Below are positions 26,563 to 36,800 of a stretch of 64,000 nt of DNA, in pieces. The stretch lies in NCBI GenBank assembly GCA_024274875.1, contig JAJSAH010000020.1:3897-67896 (forward strand), given 5' to 3'. The stretch is from an archaeon (GTDB lineage Archaea > Micrarchaeota > Micrarchaeia > CAILAH01). A program made the position numbers and the translations under genes. The notes beneath the pieces are model-generated. The model saw only the letters and a program-made list of their open reading frames with translations, was not told the origin of the DNA and did not search any database. Positions within the stretch are counted from its first letter, which is position 1. Each line of letters begins with the position of its first letter.

Positions 26563-29244
26563 TTATGGTTTGCTGTCCTCATAGTAAGAGCAAGAGACAG
26601 TTGTGACCTGAGCAACGGAAATGCTGTCCATATTCACTGCATCCAACGTTGATGATATTCCGCTGTCAGCATCAAGCAAGCTTATGGATTTAGATAGCAT
26701 CGAATTAAGCGCAAGATTTCCAAACGCATCTGCCTCCACCACGCAGTCATTTCTCGAGGATATGCAGTATCCATAAATCTCTTCAGATAATGTATCGCAC
26801 TCCTGCGCAACTTGGTCGTTCATTCCTTCATAAGCGCTTGAATATGCATCGAGAAGATATTCTGTGAACATATCTATGCACGCATCTTGTGTTTGCTGTT
26901 TCAAACTTTCGCATGACGATATGATTGACGCTTCGCTTGAGCATTCATCATAATTCTGCGCGCATATTAAGTTTGCGCATAATGAAATTACTTCGTTGGA
27001 GAACCAATCGCACCTGGATGCATACACTCCTTCCGGATGCATATCACCTTCCCAAAGACCTCTAAAAACATCTTTGCACGCATATTTATCCGCATCGTCC
27101 AGCAATTTGCTGCACAGCGAATCCGCAGTTGATGCGCATGAATAATAGTTGCCATAATAATTGCCCTCGCAGGCGCTATGCATGCATTCCATAGATAAGT
27201 TTAACTGCGCATGCCTGATTCCCTCATATAAAAATGATGTAATAACTGGATTCACCTTTGTCGAGCAATCTGGCTCCCTGCCAAGCAGAAAAATCTTTCG
27301 GATAGGGTTAGTTGCGCCATACGGCGCAGCAATCATGTATCTCCATTCCAAATATGAACATCCCGAATAATACTTCTCCTGGCCTTTTATGTAAGGAGAT
27401 CCTCTCATTACTAATACGCCTGTGCTTGCGACAGCAGGTTTTAATTCATCTGGCACTGCAATATCAGTAAGGTAATCTGCAAGTTCTTTGAATGCAATAT
27501 TAATCCTTTGCGAATATCCAAACCCTAGAAGATATATGTTAAATGTATCGCTCACATTTCCATACAACTGCGTTCCAAGCAAGTATTTTTGCTCTGCAGT
27601 CAGCAGTTTCGAATTAAAGCATAGCGATTCAGTAGTTATATCAACAACCTTGCAGGTTCCATCTTCGCACACATCCCTCATACACTGCCTATCAAAAGCA
27701 TCAACTTTCCCGTCTCCATTAAAATCAAACCTTCGGTCATACAATGAAGTGCACTGCGCATAACTCTCTGAAGAGCCAATATTTTCACCGCAATACGCAT
27801 CGAATATCTGCAAATCTGCAGTGTTTAGCAGCTCATCGCCATTCAAATCATACATTGCGCCATCATAATTGCACTCATAATAATTATCTACGCATATTTC
27901 AGGAGATTCTGTTTCAAAAACCCATGATGGAAGATCGGGATTATCCATCCAATCGTTAAATTGGTCTTCAGTGAATGTAGTCCATTCATTTTCGCCCTGC
28001 TCATCAGTTGATGTGCAGGCGATTGAGCCCGTGCTTAAAGGCAATACTCCAAATCCTCTGGCAATCAAGTTAGATAAATCAATGCATAAGAACTCAATGT
28101 CGCCTCTCTCAAACACTTCGCCCTCTTCACTGGCGCATGCGCCTGTTGATGCATCCCTGCATTCATACGGGCATGCGGGATCATAAACAAACCCTGGCGG
28201 GCAATCGCCGGCGCTCATGCAAGAGTATGTTTCAGAATCCGGCAAGGTCTTTGCGCACACTGAACCTGCGCACTCAACGCATGTCCCTGAAGCATCGCAC
28301 ACAGAGCACTGCTGGCCAACCAGTGATTCAGCGCATAGCATATTTTCGCATGATGCGCAATCCCCGCTGTTGACATCGCAACACCCAGAATCGCATCCTG
28401 CGCACGAATAATAACCTTCAGGGCACGCACCGATATCTGCGCATGTGTATGTTCCTAAAACGTTTGCGCACACTGAATCGCTGCACTCAACGCAGGTTCC
28501 GGAAGCATCGCACACAGAACACTGCTGGCCAATCTGTTCTGGGGAGCATTGCGCACCGCTGCACGATGCGCATTCTCCAGTTGCTGCTGCGCAGCATCCA
28601 GTATCGCAGTTATCGCATTGAACATAACCTGCGGGGCATGCGCCTTGCTGCTTGCACACATTCCTGTTGAGCAACGAATCATACGCGCAATAACTGTTAT
28701 CAGTGCAATCCGCGCAATTGCCTGATGAATCGCATATCTTGCATCTTTCTCCGGGTTCATCGCAAGGTTTATCGCTGCACCCTTCCAACAGTTCGCATCT
28801 GCCCTGAGCATTGCATGCATAATCCGAACAACAGGACTGCACATCCTGCGGATCGCACAGCAACCCTGCCTCGCAAGGCGCGCACTCTCCATCTGAACAC
28901 ACATATCCTGCGCAGCACGAGTCCTGCTCGCCGCACGATGCCGGATTTACACACGCTTGCTGAACCGCAAGACATTCCTGAGGGTTATCAACACTGCAAC
29001 ACTCGCCTTTCGGATTCATCACATATCCCTGCCCGCAAACGGAATAATCGCAGTAATCGATCTGATTGCCTAATGCATCAAGCACGCAGCACCCGCACGG
29101 ACTATTGCACTCAAATGCTTCATCAGGGCATTCCACTCCTCCATGTTGCGAGAACAACCATATTATAAGCAATCCAAGCACGACAAGCACTACTAATGCA
29201 ACGATTATTCTGTAATCTGCCTCGCCTCTATTTAACATTCCCAT
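26563..29244 (-). CDS. Cys-rich repeat surface protein with dockerin-like Ca-binding motifs
   Basis: N-terminal NRG|EAD plus hydrophobic helix; three Cys-rich repeats of about 71 aa; DLNGDELLNTADL and DFNGDGKVDAFD. Confidence 0.75.
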   Translation of the reverse strand: MGMLNRGEADYRIIVALVVLVVLGLLIIWLFSQHGGVECPDEAFECNSPCGCCVLDALGNQIDYCDYSVCGQGYVMNPKGECCSVDNPQECLAVQQACVNPASCGEQDSCCAGYVCSDGECAPCEAGLLCDPQDVQSCCSDYACNAQGRCELLEGCSDKPCDEPGERCKICDSSGNCADCTDNSYCAYDSLLNRNVCKQQGACPAGYVQCDNCDTGCCAAATGECASCSGAQCSPEQIGQQCSVCDASGTCVECSDSVCANVLGTYTCADIGACPEGYYSCAGCDSGCCDVNSGDCASCENMLCAESLVGQQCSVCDASGTCVECAGSVCAKTLPDSETYSCMSAGDCPPGFVYDPACPYECRDASTGACASEEGEVFERGDIEFLCIDLSNLIARGFGVLPLSTGSIACTSTDEQGENEWTTFTEDQFNDWMDNPDLPSWVFETESPEICVDNYYECNYDGAMYDLNGDELLNTADLQIFDAYCGENIGSSESYAQCTSLYDRRFDFNGDGKVDAFDRQCMRDVCEDGTCKVVDITTESLCFNSKLLTAEQKYLLGTQLYGNVSDTFNIYLLGFGYSQRINIAFKELADYLTDIAVPDELKPAVASTGVLVMRGSPYIKGQEKYYSGCSYLEWRYMIAAPYGATNPIRKIFLLGREPDCSTKVNPVITSFLYEGIRHAQLNLSMECMHSACEGNYYGNYYSCASTADSLCSKLLDDADKYACKDVFRGLWEGDMHPEGVYASRCDWFSNEVISLCANLICAQNYDECSSEASIISSCESLKQQTQDACIDMFTEYLLDAYSSAYEGMNDQVAQECDTLSEEIYGYCISSRNDCVVEADAFGNLALNSMLSKSISLLDADSGISSTLDAVNMDSISVAQVTTVSCSYYEDSKP
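28270..28532 (-). repeat. Intragenic 213-nt-period (71-codon) duplication
   Basis: Near-identical segments of about 50 nt at 28270 and 28483 both encode GQQCSVCDASGTCVEC. Confidence 0.85.
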
Positions 29245-29251
29245 TTAACAT

Positions 29252-30862
29252 TCACCTCTGAACCACAACTGGGTCTGCAAAACATTGTTGCCCTTCCGGG
29301 CATGTTGCCGCTATGTTATCGCAATAATCTTCAGGAAGCACTTTCATAGAGTATGTAGGGTATTCATACGGAGACACTTGAGATGAGCTGTAATATGAAT
29401 TGCCACCGCAATCAAACGCATAATTAAACACTCCATCGCCCTGCTCATATGAAACTGTGCAACACGAACCCTGTTGCGCATCCTGATACCCTGATGCGCA
29501 TACATCAGAGGTTGTTGAAACAACACCGTCAGGGATGGCATTGCGCGGCAGTATGTACATGCAACATGCGTCAGGGTTATCGCTGCATTCGAATGCTCCA
29601 CTTGGACATGCCGCCTCAACAGATGGAGCGCATATGATCATGCCTCCTATTTGCTCGCACTCAGGCAATATAACTGCGCAACCGCGCCCTTCGCATAAGA
29701 ATGTTCCTTCTGGGCAAGCCACTATATTTTGCGCGCCCTGCTCGCAACAGCTGCAACCCTCTACATTTTCACATGGGTGACCGCTTGCACAGACCGAACA
29801 TTCGCCGGTCAAAGCATCGCAGCATCCTGAAGCGCAATCCTCCGCACTGCAAGCAACCTGTCCTTCACCGCAATTCCCAGAACTTTGACAAGTGAACATA
29901 GACGCTGCATCATTCCACGCGCACACAGTATCATCTGCGCAATCAATGCAATCATTTCCTGAGCAAACTATGCATGCTTCGCCAGGGTTGGAACATGGAA
30001 AACCTTCGCATGATTCCGCATACGCGCACGAACCCTGCGAACATACGCCGTCATCGCAGCAATCCTCGCTGAATGAACACGACCTGTCGCAAGATTCGCA
30101 GGCATTTGCATTCATATTGCATTCAAACCCGTTGCAGCATGGCTTGTCTTCATCGCAATACGCGCCCTGCTCGCAACCGCTGCACGATCCGTCTATGCAT
30201 GCATCGCCATCGCAACAATCCACATCAGATGAGCAGGAACGATAACAGCTTTCGCAGGCTCCAGCAACGCAGTTCCATCCGTTGCAACACTCATCATCTT
30301 CCGCGCAGGTTCTCTCGCATGAGATGCAAAACTCATTGCTGCACTCATAACCGCCGCAACAATCCGAATCAGATGCGCACGCAACATTATTGCAAGATTC
30401 GCATGTTCCCTCAGCCGTGCACATGAAACCTGAGCAACATGAGTTTGGGTCCTGCGGATCGCATACAAGCCCTGCTTCGCATGGAGCGCATCTTCCATTA
30501 CTGCATGAATAACCTTCGCAGCAATCCAAACTGCTTTCGCATGAGAGAGGATTAACGCATACTTTTTGATTAGTTATGCAATTCGCTGGGTTCTGAGCAT
30601 TGCAACACTGCCCTGTGCTTGGATTAAGTGAAAAACCTTCTGGGCACGACCCTGTCTCGCAGTACTCTACCAAATTGCCAAACCCATCTTCCACGCAGCA
30701 TCCGCATGCGCTTAGTGATGCATCGCACTGCACAGCTCCTTCTGGACAATTCCCGCCCAAATTCTGAAACAAAAGCATGAACAACAGCAAAAGCATGAAC
30801 CCAATAAGTAATATTGCAAGAAGTTCCATGCCTGTGTCATTATTTCTCCAAAACGGCATCAT
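29252..30862 (-). CDS. Cys-rich repeat surface protein, paralogue of 26563-29244
   Basis: N-terminal TM; shared CP..A..C....GCC..D..GN...YC N-domain; tandem C-C-CC-C-C modules. Confidence 0.75.
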   Translation of the reverse strand: MMPFWRNNDTGMELLAILLIGFMLLLLFMLLFQNLGGNCPEGAVQCDASLSACGCCVEDGFGNLVEYCETGSCPEGFSLNPSTGQCCNAQNPANCITNQKVCVNPLSCESSLDCCEGYSCSNGRCAPCEAGLVCDPQDPNSCCSGFMCTAEGTCESCNNVACASDSDCCGGYECSNEFCISCERTCAEDDECCNGWNCVAGACESCYRSCSSDVDCCDGDACIDGSCSGCEQGAYCDEDKPCCNGFECNMNANACESCDRSCSFSEDCCDDGVCSQGSCAYAESCEGFPCSNPGEACIVCSGNDCIDCADDTVCAWNDAASMFTCQSSGNCGEGQVACSAEDCASGCCDALTGECSVCASGHPCENVEGCSCCEQGAQNIVACPEGTFLCEGRGCAVILPECEQIGGMIICAPSVEAACPSGAFECSDNPDACCMYILPRNAIPDGVVSTTSDVCASGYQDAQQGSCCTVSYEQGDGVFNYAFDCGGNSYYSSSQVSPYEYPTYSMKVLPEDYCDNIAATCPEGQQCFADPVVVQR

Positions 30863-30872
30863 TCCACCTATT

Positions 30873-33800
30873 CTACTCGCATTTATATTTCTTATACAAC
30901 TCCATCAAACGCGATTGGTCGCACATGTTGCCCTGCTGACCTTTAGGAATATCACTTTCAGAGAATATCATCAACGCCTGGCCTTCTCCCATATAATAGT
31001 AATTGCCGCATAAGTCAAACCAATGGCGCGCATACGGATCCTTCCTAACTGCGTTCTCAAGTATAACATCTGGATTGTTAACATCTTCAAATGAATTTAA
31101 CAGGTCTGCAACATCACTGCCTTCTCCGAAACTTGGCAGAGATATTCCTGATGAAGACAGCAGGTCTGAGTAAGATGATATTGTGTTTTCAAACTGCCCA
31201 TAACTTGATGCAAGATCCCCCTCCGTTTCGAAAGATGTGCTTGCAGACGATCCAAACATCGCTCCAGCATACTGCGAAAATGTGGGCATTCCGGGATACA
31301 GTTGATCCGTATGCACTCCATACGTGAATGGATCTTCCCCGCTTGTTGATGAATCATAATACAATCCGTAATCTTCGCCAGCTATCCCTGTTGACAATGG
31401 TTTGCACGAAGTATCAACCAAACAATACTGCCCCATGCCTATTATGCCTGAGCCGATCATTATCACAAAATCCTGGCCGTATAGGTCTTTCAGCTGCTTA
31501 ATCATTTCAGTATTAGTCCAACACGATTCATCCTCGTTTGCATTTCTATTTATGCCAAACCCTATTATTATTGATGGCATTCCATGATTAACAAGAGCAT
31601 ACCGCGATACATTATACAATCCTTCCAAATATGAAGAAATGGTGCACTCGCCTCTGCGCCCTGCGCCAGGGTCATCAATCACGACAATATATCCAACCAT
31701 ATCTGCCCTTTGCAGACCTTCACCCATTTTTTCTTTCAGCTTTTCATCAATCGCATCAATAGCATTCTTCATATTCTCTATATCAGCATCGCTCAACCTA
31801 AGTTCATTTGATGACATATGTATGTAAAACGGAATTGTCGAAATGCACCTCTGCTTGTAAACAGTGTTCTCATAAGGGCACATATACTTATATTGCAAAC
31901 CGTAACTTTCGCAGAAATCCTTATCTAAATCAACGCAGATGCCAGTATCCTCATCGCAGCAGCATCCATCAATTGAAAAATCGCGGTAGTCATAAGTATG
32001 CTCGATGTTTTCAGTTTCGGATTGTTCAGTTGCGCCGCCGCAAACTTCATCATCAACAGATTTAACGCTTCTGCACACACCCTCAATCTCTGCAATCTGG
32101 TCAGCAAGCCCTGAATAGCCTTCATCGCCTACGCTCGCAAGCTGGCTTACATCAATAAGCTCAGTTGTGATAAAGGAAGGTGTTGCAGGAGCGCGCGGGT
32201 TTAGCAGCTGCGTCCTGTAAACTGGATTATCCGCGCCCATTTTAGGCTCTGCGATTGATTCAGCAATCTCAGCCAGTATTGATAATTGGCTCGGGCTGCC
32301 AATCTCATCAACTGTGGCATATAGTTGCCTCTGCGTCAACGAATCTATAATTGAATGGGTGCTAACACGCTGCGCATCTCTGCATACGCGATCTCCAGGG
32401 CTCAAAGATTGCTCATCTTCAAAACCAGTTAAATAGTCTTTGAATATCACCGTTCGATCTTCATCATCTCTGTTAGTTATGCATAAGCGCGAATCTTCGC
32501 TGTTAGGAATGCTTACTTTTCGCGGCTGGAATGAGCTTATGTCTAACTCAATCTGAACCTCAGGTTTATACACATTAACTGTAAAGCTTTTTCCAGAGTA
32601 AGGGTTGTAAAATAGATACCTGATTTTTTTGCCATCGTTCGGTATCTGCAGCTCATTCGCAGTATTGAATGTTTGATGCTCGCCAGGACTTAATTCAAGC
32701 CGTCTTATCTTATCGCCCATCTCCACAGATTTGGCAGACAAGTATGCATCCATATCGATCGGGCTTACTGAATACTGCACGGAATCAATTATGCAATCCT
32801 CATAATCTCCGCTGCATATTTTGGTCATCTTATTCTGTATAACTCCATATATATCATCTTCCGAACACGGATCGAGCGCGCCGTAATACCATACAACTGC
32901 ATCAGGCCCTGTGTTATTTATAACTATTTCATCGCCGAGAGCAACATCAAGCTCATCAACTGAAACTGCGGTAGACGGATCACCTGGATCGATCTGCTGC
33001 ATTACGGTTAAGTTGTATAGATACACATCTGCATACAATGCGTTCTCCATAATGTAATCCATGCTAAGCGAAGTATTTCTGTACATTCTCCCATCGTGCG
33101 CAAAAGATGGCACTTTGTACAGCAAATCGCCCAACTCAGTATCTGCAAGATTGCGAGCGAACGGCGATATATGAGAAAATATAATTTCCTTCCCATCTTG
33201 CACATCTAAAAGATTTGGGTAGTAAGGCGACTCATGCACTGAATACCATCCCTGCATATCTGGAGAGTATGAAACCGTGCCAAGCGGCGAGATAACCTCT
33301 TGAATTCCATCAAATGTGTCCTCTCCATAACAAACCGCTTTCAGCCCTGACTCGCTGTTAATTTGGAATACGTCTGAGATCGCATAACCCTGCCCAAACT
33401 CGCTCACTCCTTCCTGAACCTCGCCTGCCAAAAAGTACGTGCGCCCAGGATCAATGCTGTTCACCATGAACAGAATGCCGTTTGTAAGAGAAGATTCATC
33501 TATTCCTCCTCTTATTCTGTTTCCTGGATCTAAATCATTGTTTGGATTGCTGGATGTATCGCAGGGCGTTTCTGGGAATTCGTAATAATCATTATTTATG
33601 AACCTATACACTCCATTATACTGGCCCACTGGATTTGATAGGTCGAAAAAGCGCACTCTTCCGCTCTCATCTTCTGAATATGCAAATGAATCTATTCCGC
33701 CAATCACATTCGCCAAATACCAATTGTCATCTCTCGTGCCCTTCAACTGGGAATCTGCGCCCCAATCCTGCTTTGTAGCCCTGCACCAATACCAAAGCTC

Positions 33801-36800
33801 TGTGCCTTCCTCATCAACTGTGCTATCTTCTGCAGGATAACCGCACAGCGCCCCGTATTTGTTGTATATTATCAACGGCTTAGAAGCAGCAACTATTAAA
33901 TCTGACCACAAAGCATTCTTAACATCATTGCTTAACCTACCTGGGATAGGCTTTGCTTCAAAATCCCGCTTATCACCGCAAGTCCTGCCGCCATAATTTT
34001 GGTTATAATCTCCTACAAAATCGCCCGTAAGCAAAAACGGCTGGGTCGTAATCAGCCTGCCGCACGGCCTCTGTATAGAATAATCATCAACAAATTTGAG
34101 GGCCGCATCATTGATTATTTCGCCATTCGCCAATATGAGCGTTTCTGGAACAATTTCAACAAAGCGTGAATCTGCGATATCGATTTTTCCATAATCCTGC
34201 CTATGCGACAGATCATACGGGTTTGGCACACTGCCAGGCATAATCGAACCAAATCCATACTGCAATCTGCCCACAACCTGCGGAAGCAGCACATAATCAT
34301 TTCTCTTGCTGCGCAAATACTCATATTTGCCAACGCCCCCAGCAAACGCGTCTCCTCCAAGCTCAGGCACTCCAATAATATGAGGAAATGAGTATGCAAA
34401 TTCTTCAGGATACACTGTGTTGTTGAACGGAACTATGAACCCAATCTTTTCTCCGATAGTATTTACATAACCGCACCCTGATTTCACCCAACCTGGCCTT
34501 TCCTCGCCGGGATTCTCGTTGTGGTACCACTTATCATACCACATGCTTGGGAATACATTAACACCCTTAACAACAAACAACGATCCTTTCCAATTCTTCA
34601 GCATGCTTTCACTGAATGCGCCTCCCGAATCGCTGTTGCTTAATATCCACGAACGGCCTGGCGCATACCTCCTGAGCAGTACTGAATAAGAATCTGAATA
34701 AACATCTCCTCCCAAGTCAACATATGTAAATCTCATTATCTTGTCGGATGTCTCTAACGCAATAGGAGTGAATATTCTGTACTCCCTTACTGCAAAGGTA
34801 TCCTTCATCCCTGTGATATACCCAGGAGTTAACTCAATTGTTCGCTGTTCAAGCTTAGATGTATATGTGTTTGGGATTATCCTATGCGTGCTTTTCAGCA
34901 CAAGAGACCCTACTCCATTTTCATCTGTATCTTGACTCCTGCCCAAAGATAATTTAATATCATCATATCCCATGTTCGGCAGCAGGGTTATATCAGTAAC
35001 TTTGGCTGCGCCGCCAACATACGGATCATGATTTGATAACGCATCTATATCGCTTGCCGATAAAGAATATGCAGTCATTTTCTGCGGGCTCCAAAACTGC
35101 TGAAGATCTGCTGTTGCGGGAGAGCCGTCATCAACTAACATGCAGTAAGAGTTTGCGCTGACATCGCTCGGCCTAAGCATTACTGCTCTGGGATCCTCTG
35201 CAAGATTGTGAAGCCTAACGAGATAATTGTCCGTTCCATGACTGTCCATTCTGTACGCATCATAAGAAACTTTCAATTCGTGAGTAACCGCGGCTTTCTT
35301 TAAATTGAACTGCTTTGACACTGTTCCGCTGCTCACGCTGAAAGTTATATCTTCATCAGGCATTTCAAAACTCCATCCATTCAACGAAGGCGAATATGCG
35401 CCAGCTTCAGGAGGAGCAGATACATCATCTCTTGAAATTCCATCTGCAAGCGTCACATTGACCTTGCTGCCTTCTGCGATTGAATAATTCTCAGGAATCG
35501 AAGGGTCAACCATATTAACATCAGTATCGCCAATTCTGGAATACACAAATACAGGCAATGCGTTATCATACGCGAGCATAGAACGCGCCTGCATAATCTC
35601 TGTCTTGCTCGGAACGCCGGACAACATTTGAACGCCAAACCCTAATGTGCTGCTTGAACCTACCCTTCCCAACGCAGATGCAGAACCTCCTTCAACATCG
35701 CCGCGTATCACTAACATATTTTTGGGAATATTGAACTGCTGCGCATCTTCATCATAATAACTTAGAGCAATGCCTCCTATCCTGCGCACAACAAAAACAT
35801 TAGCGCCAGGACGCAAAACTATTGAATCTCCACTGATCATGCGCCGCGCATTAATGCCAACCTCGAGATTTACAAAACCTGATTTCATATCATCCTCCTT
35901 GTACTGCACATTAAGCGCGCGCATCTTGTAATCTCCAAGCTGATATTCATACACTACCTGCTCGTTCGCAGGCGCTGTGATTGAGCGTTCTCCGTTTGAT
36001 GAATAAACTTTAATAGATATATCATAATCCGCATTGTTGCGTATCACGACATCCGGCACAGACAAATCTAACCTTGCCATGCTGAACCCTGTCCCATTTG
36101 AGATAGATAAATCCTCATACACTTTGTAATTAATATCATCAAGATTAACTACTTTTACATCAGGGAATTGCGAGAACAGATCTAAATTGAGCGGACCTTC
36201 AAACGCAGATGCGTAATCTGGAAACGCAACTTCAGCATATCCAGGCACGGAATTGCCGTTTACTATATATAATATGTTCTTGTCCCCTACCGCAACAAGA
36301 GCGTACAACCCAGTATCAGCATTCCTGAACATGTGCAATCCATCTGAATTCATATCATAGCATCTTTTCTGGCCTTTGGAAATCAATTCGCCTGACTGCG
36401 CAGCGCCGTTATCCCATTCCAAAGAAGACGAATCTGAAACTAATGTTGGCCCAATTATCCTAACATCAGAATCTACAGCATTTATGCATACCTTTCCGCC
36501 TTGAGCGACCCTTCCATCAGTAGGAACAAATGCAGTTGAATACGCATCTATGTTAAGAACATCGCCCCCAGTAGTTGAGATGTAAAACTTTGCGCCGGAC
36601 AATGTATCAACCAATTCATAGTTTGCTTCATTCTCAGACAAACTATAATCGCAGTAATCCTGCAACGGAGGCAACATAAATGAACCTGAATGCCCTTCAT
36701 CGCTCGAATACTCAACCTCTCTCTCTTCTCCAACAGGGTTTGAGATGCATATGAGGTCATCCTTTTTTGCGATAGATGAATACGGGGAATAATCATAATC

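Noticed and set aside
26563-30862. Multiheme cytochromes or polyferredoxins
   Set aside because: Many CxxC pairs but no repeated CxxCH or CxxCxxCxxxC patterns; the spacing fits disulfide-rich exported modules.
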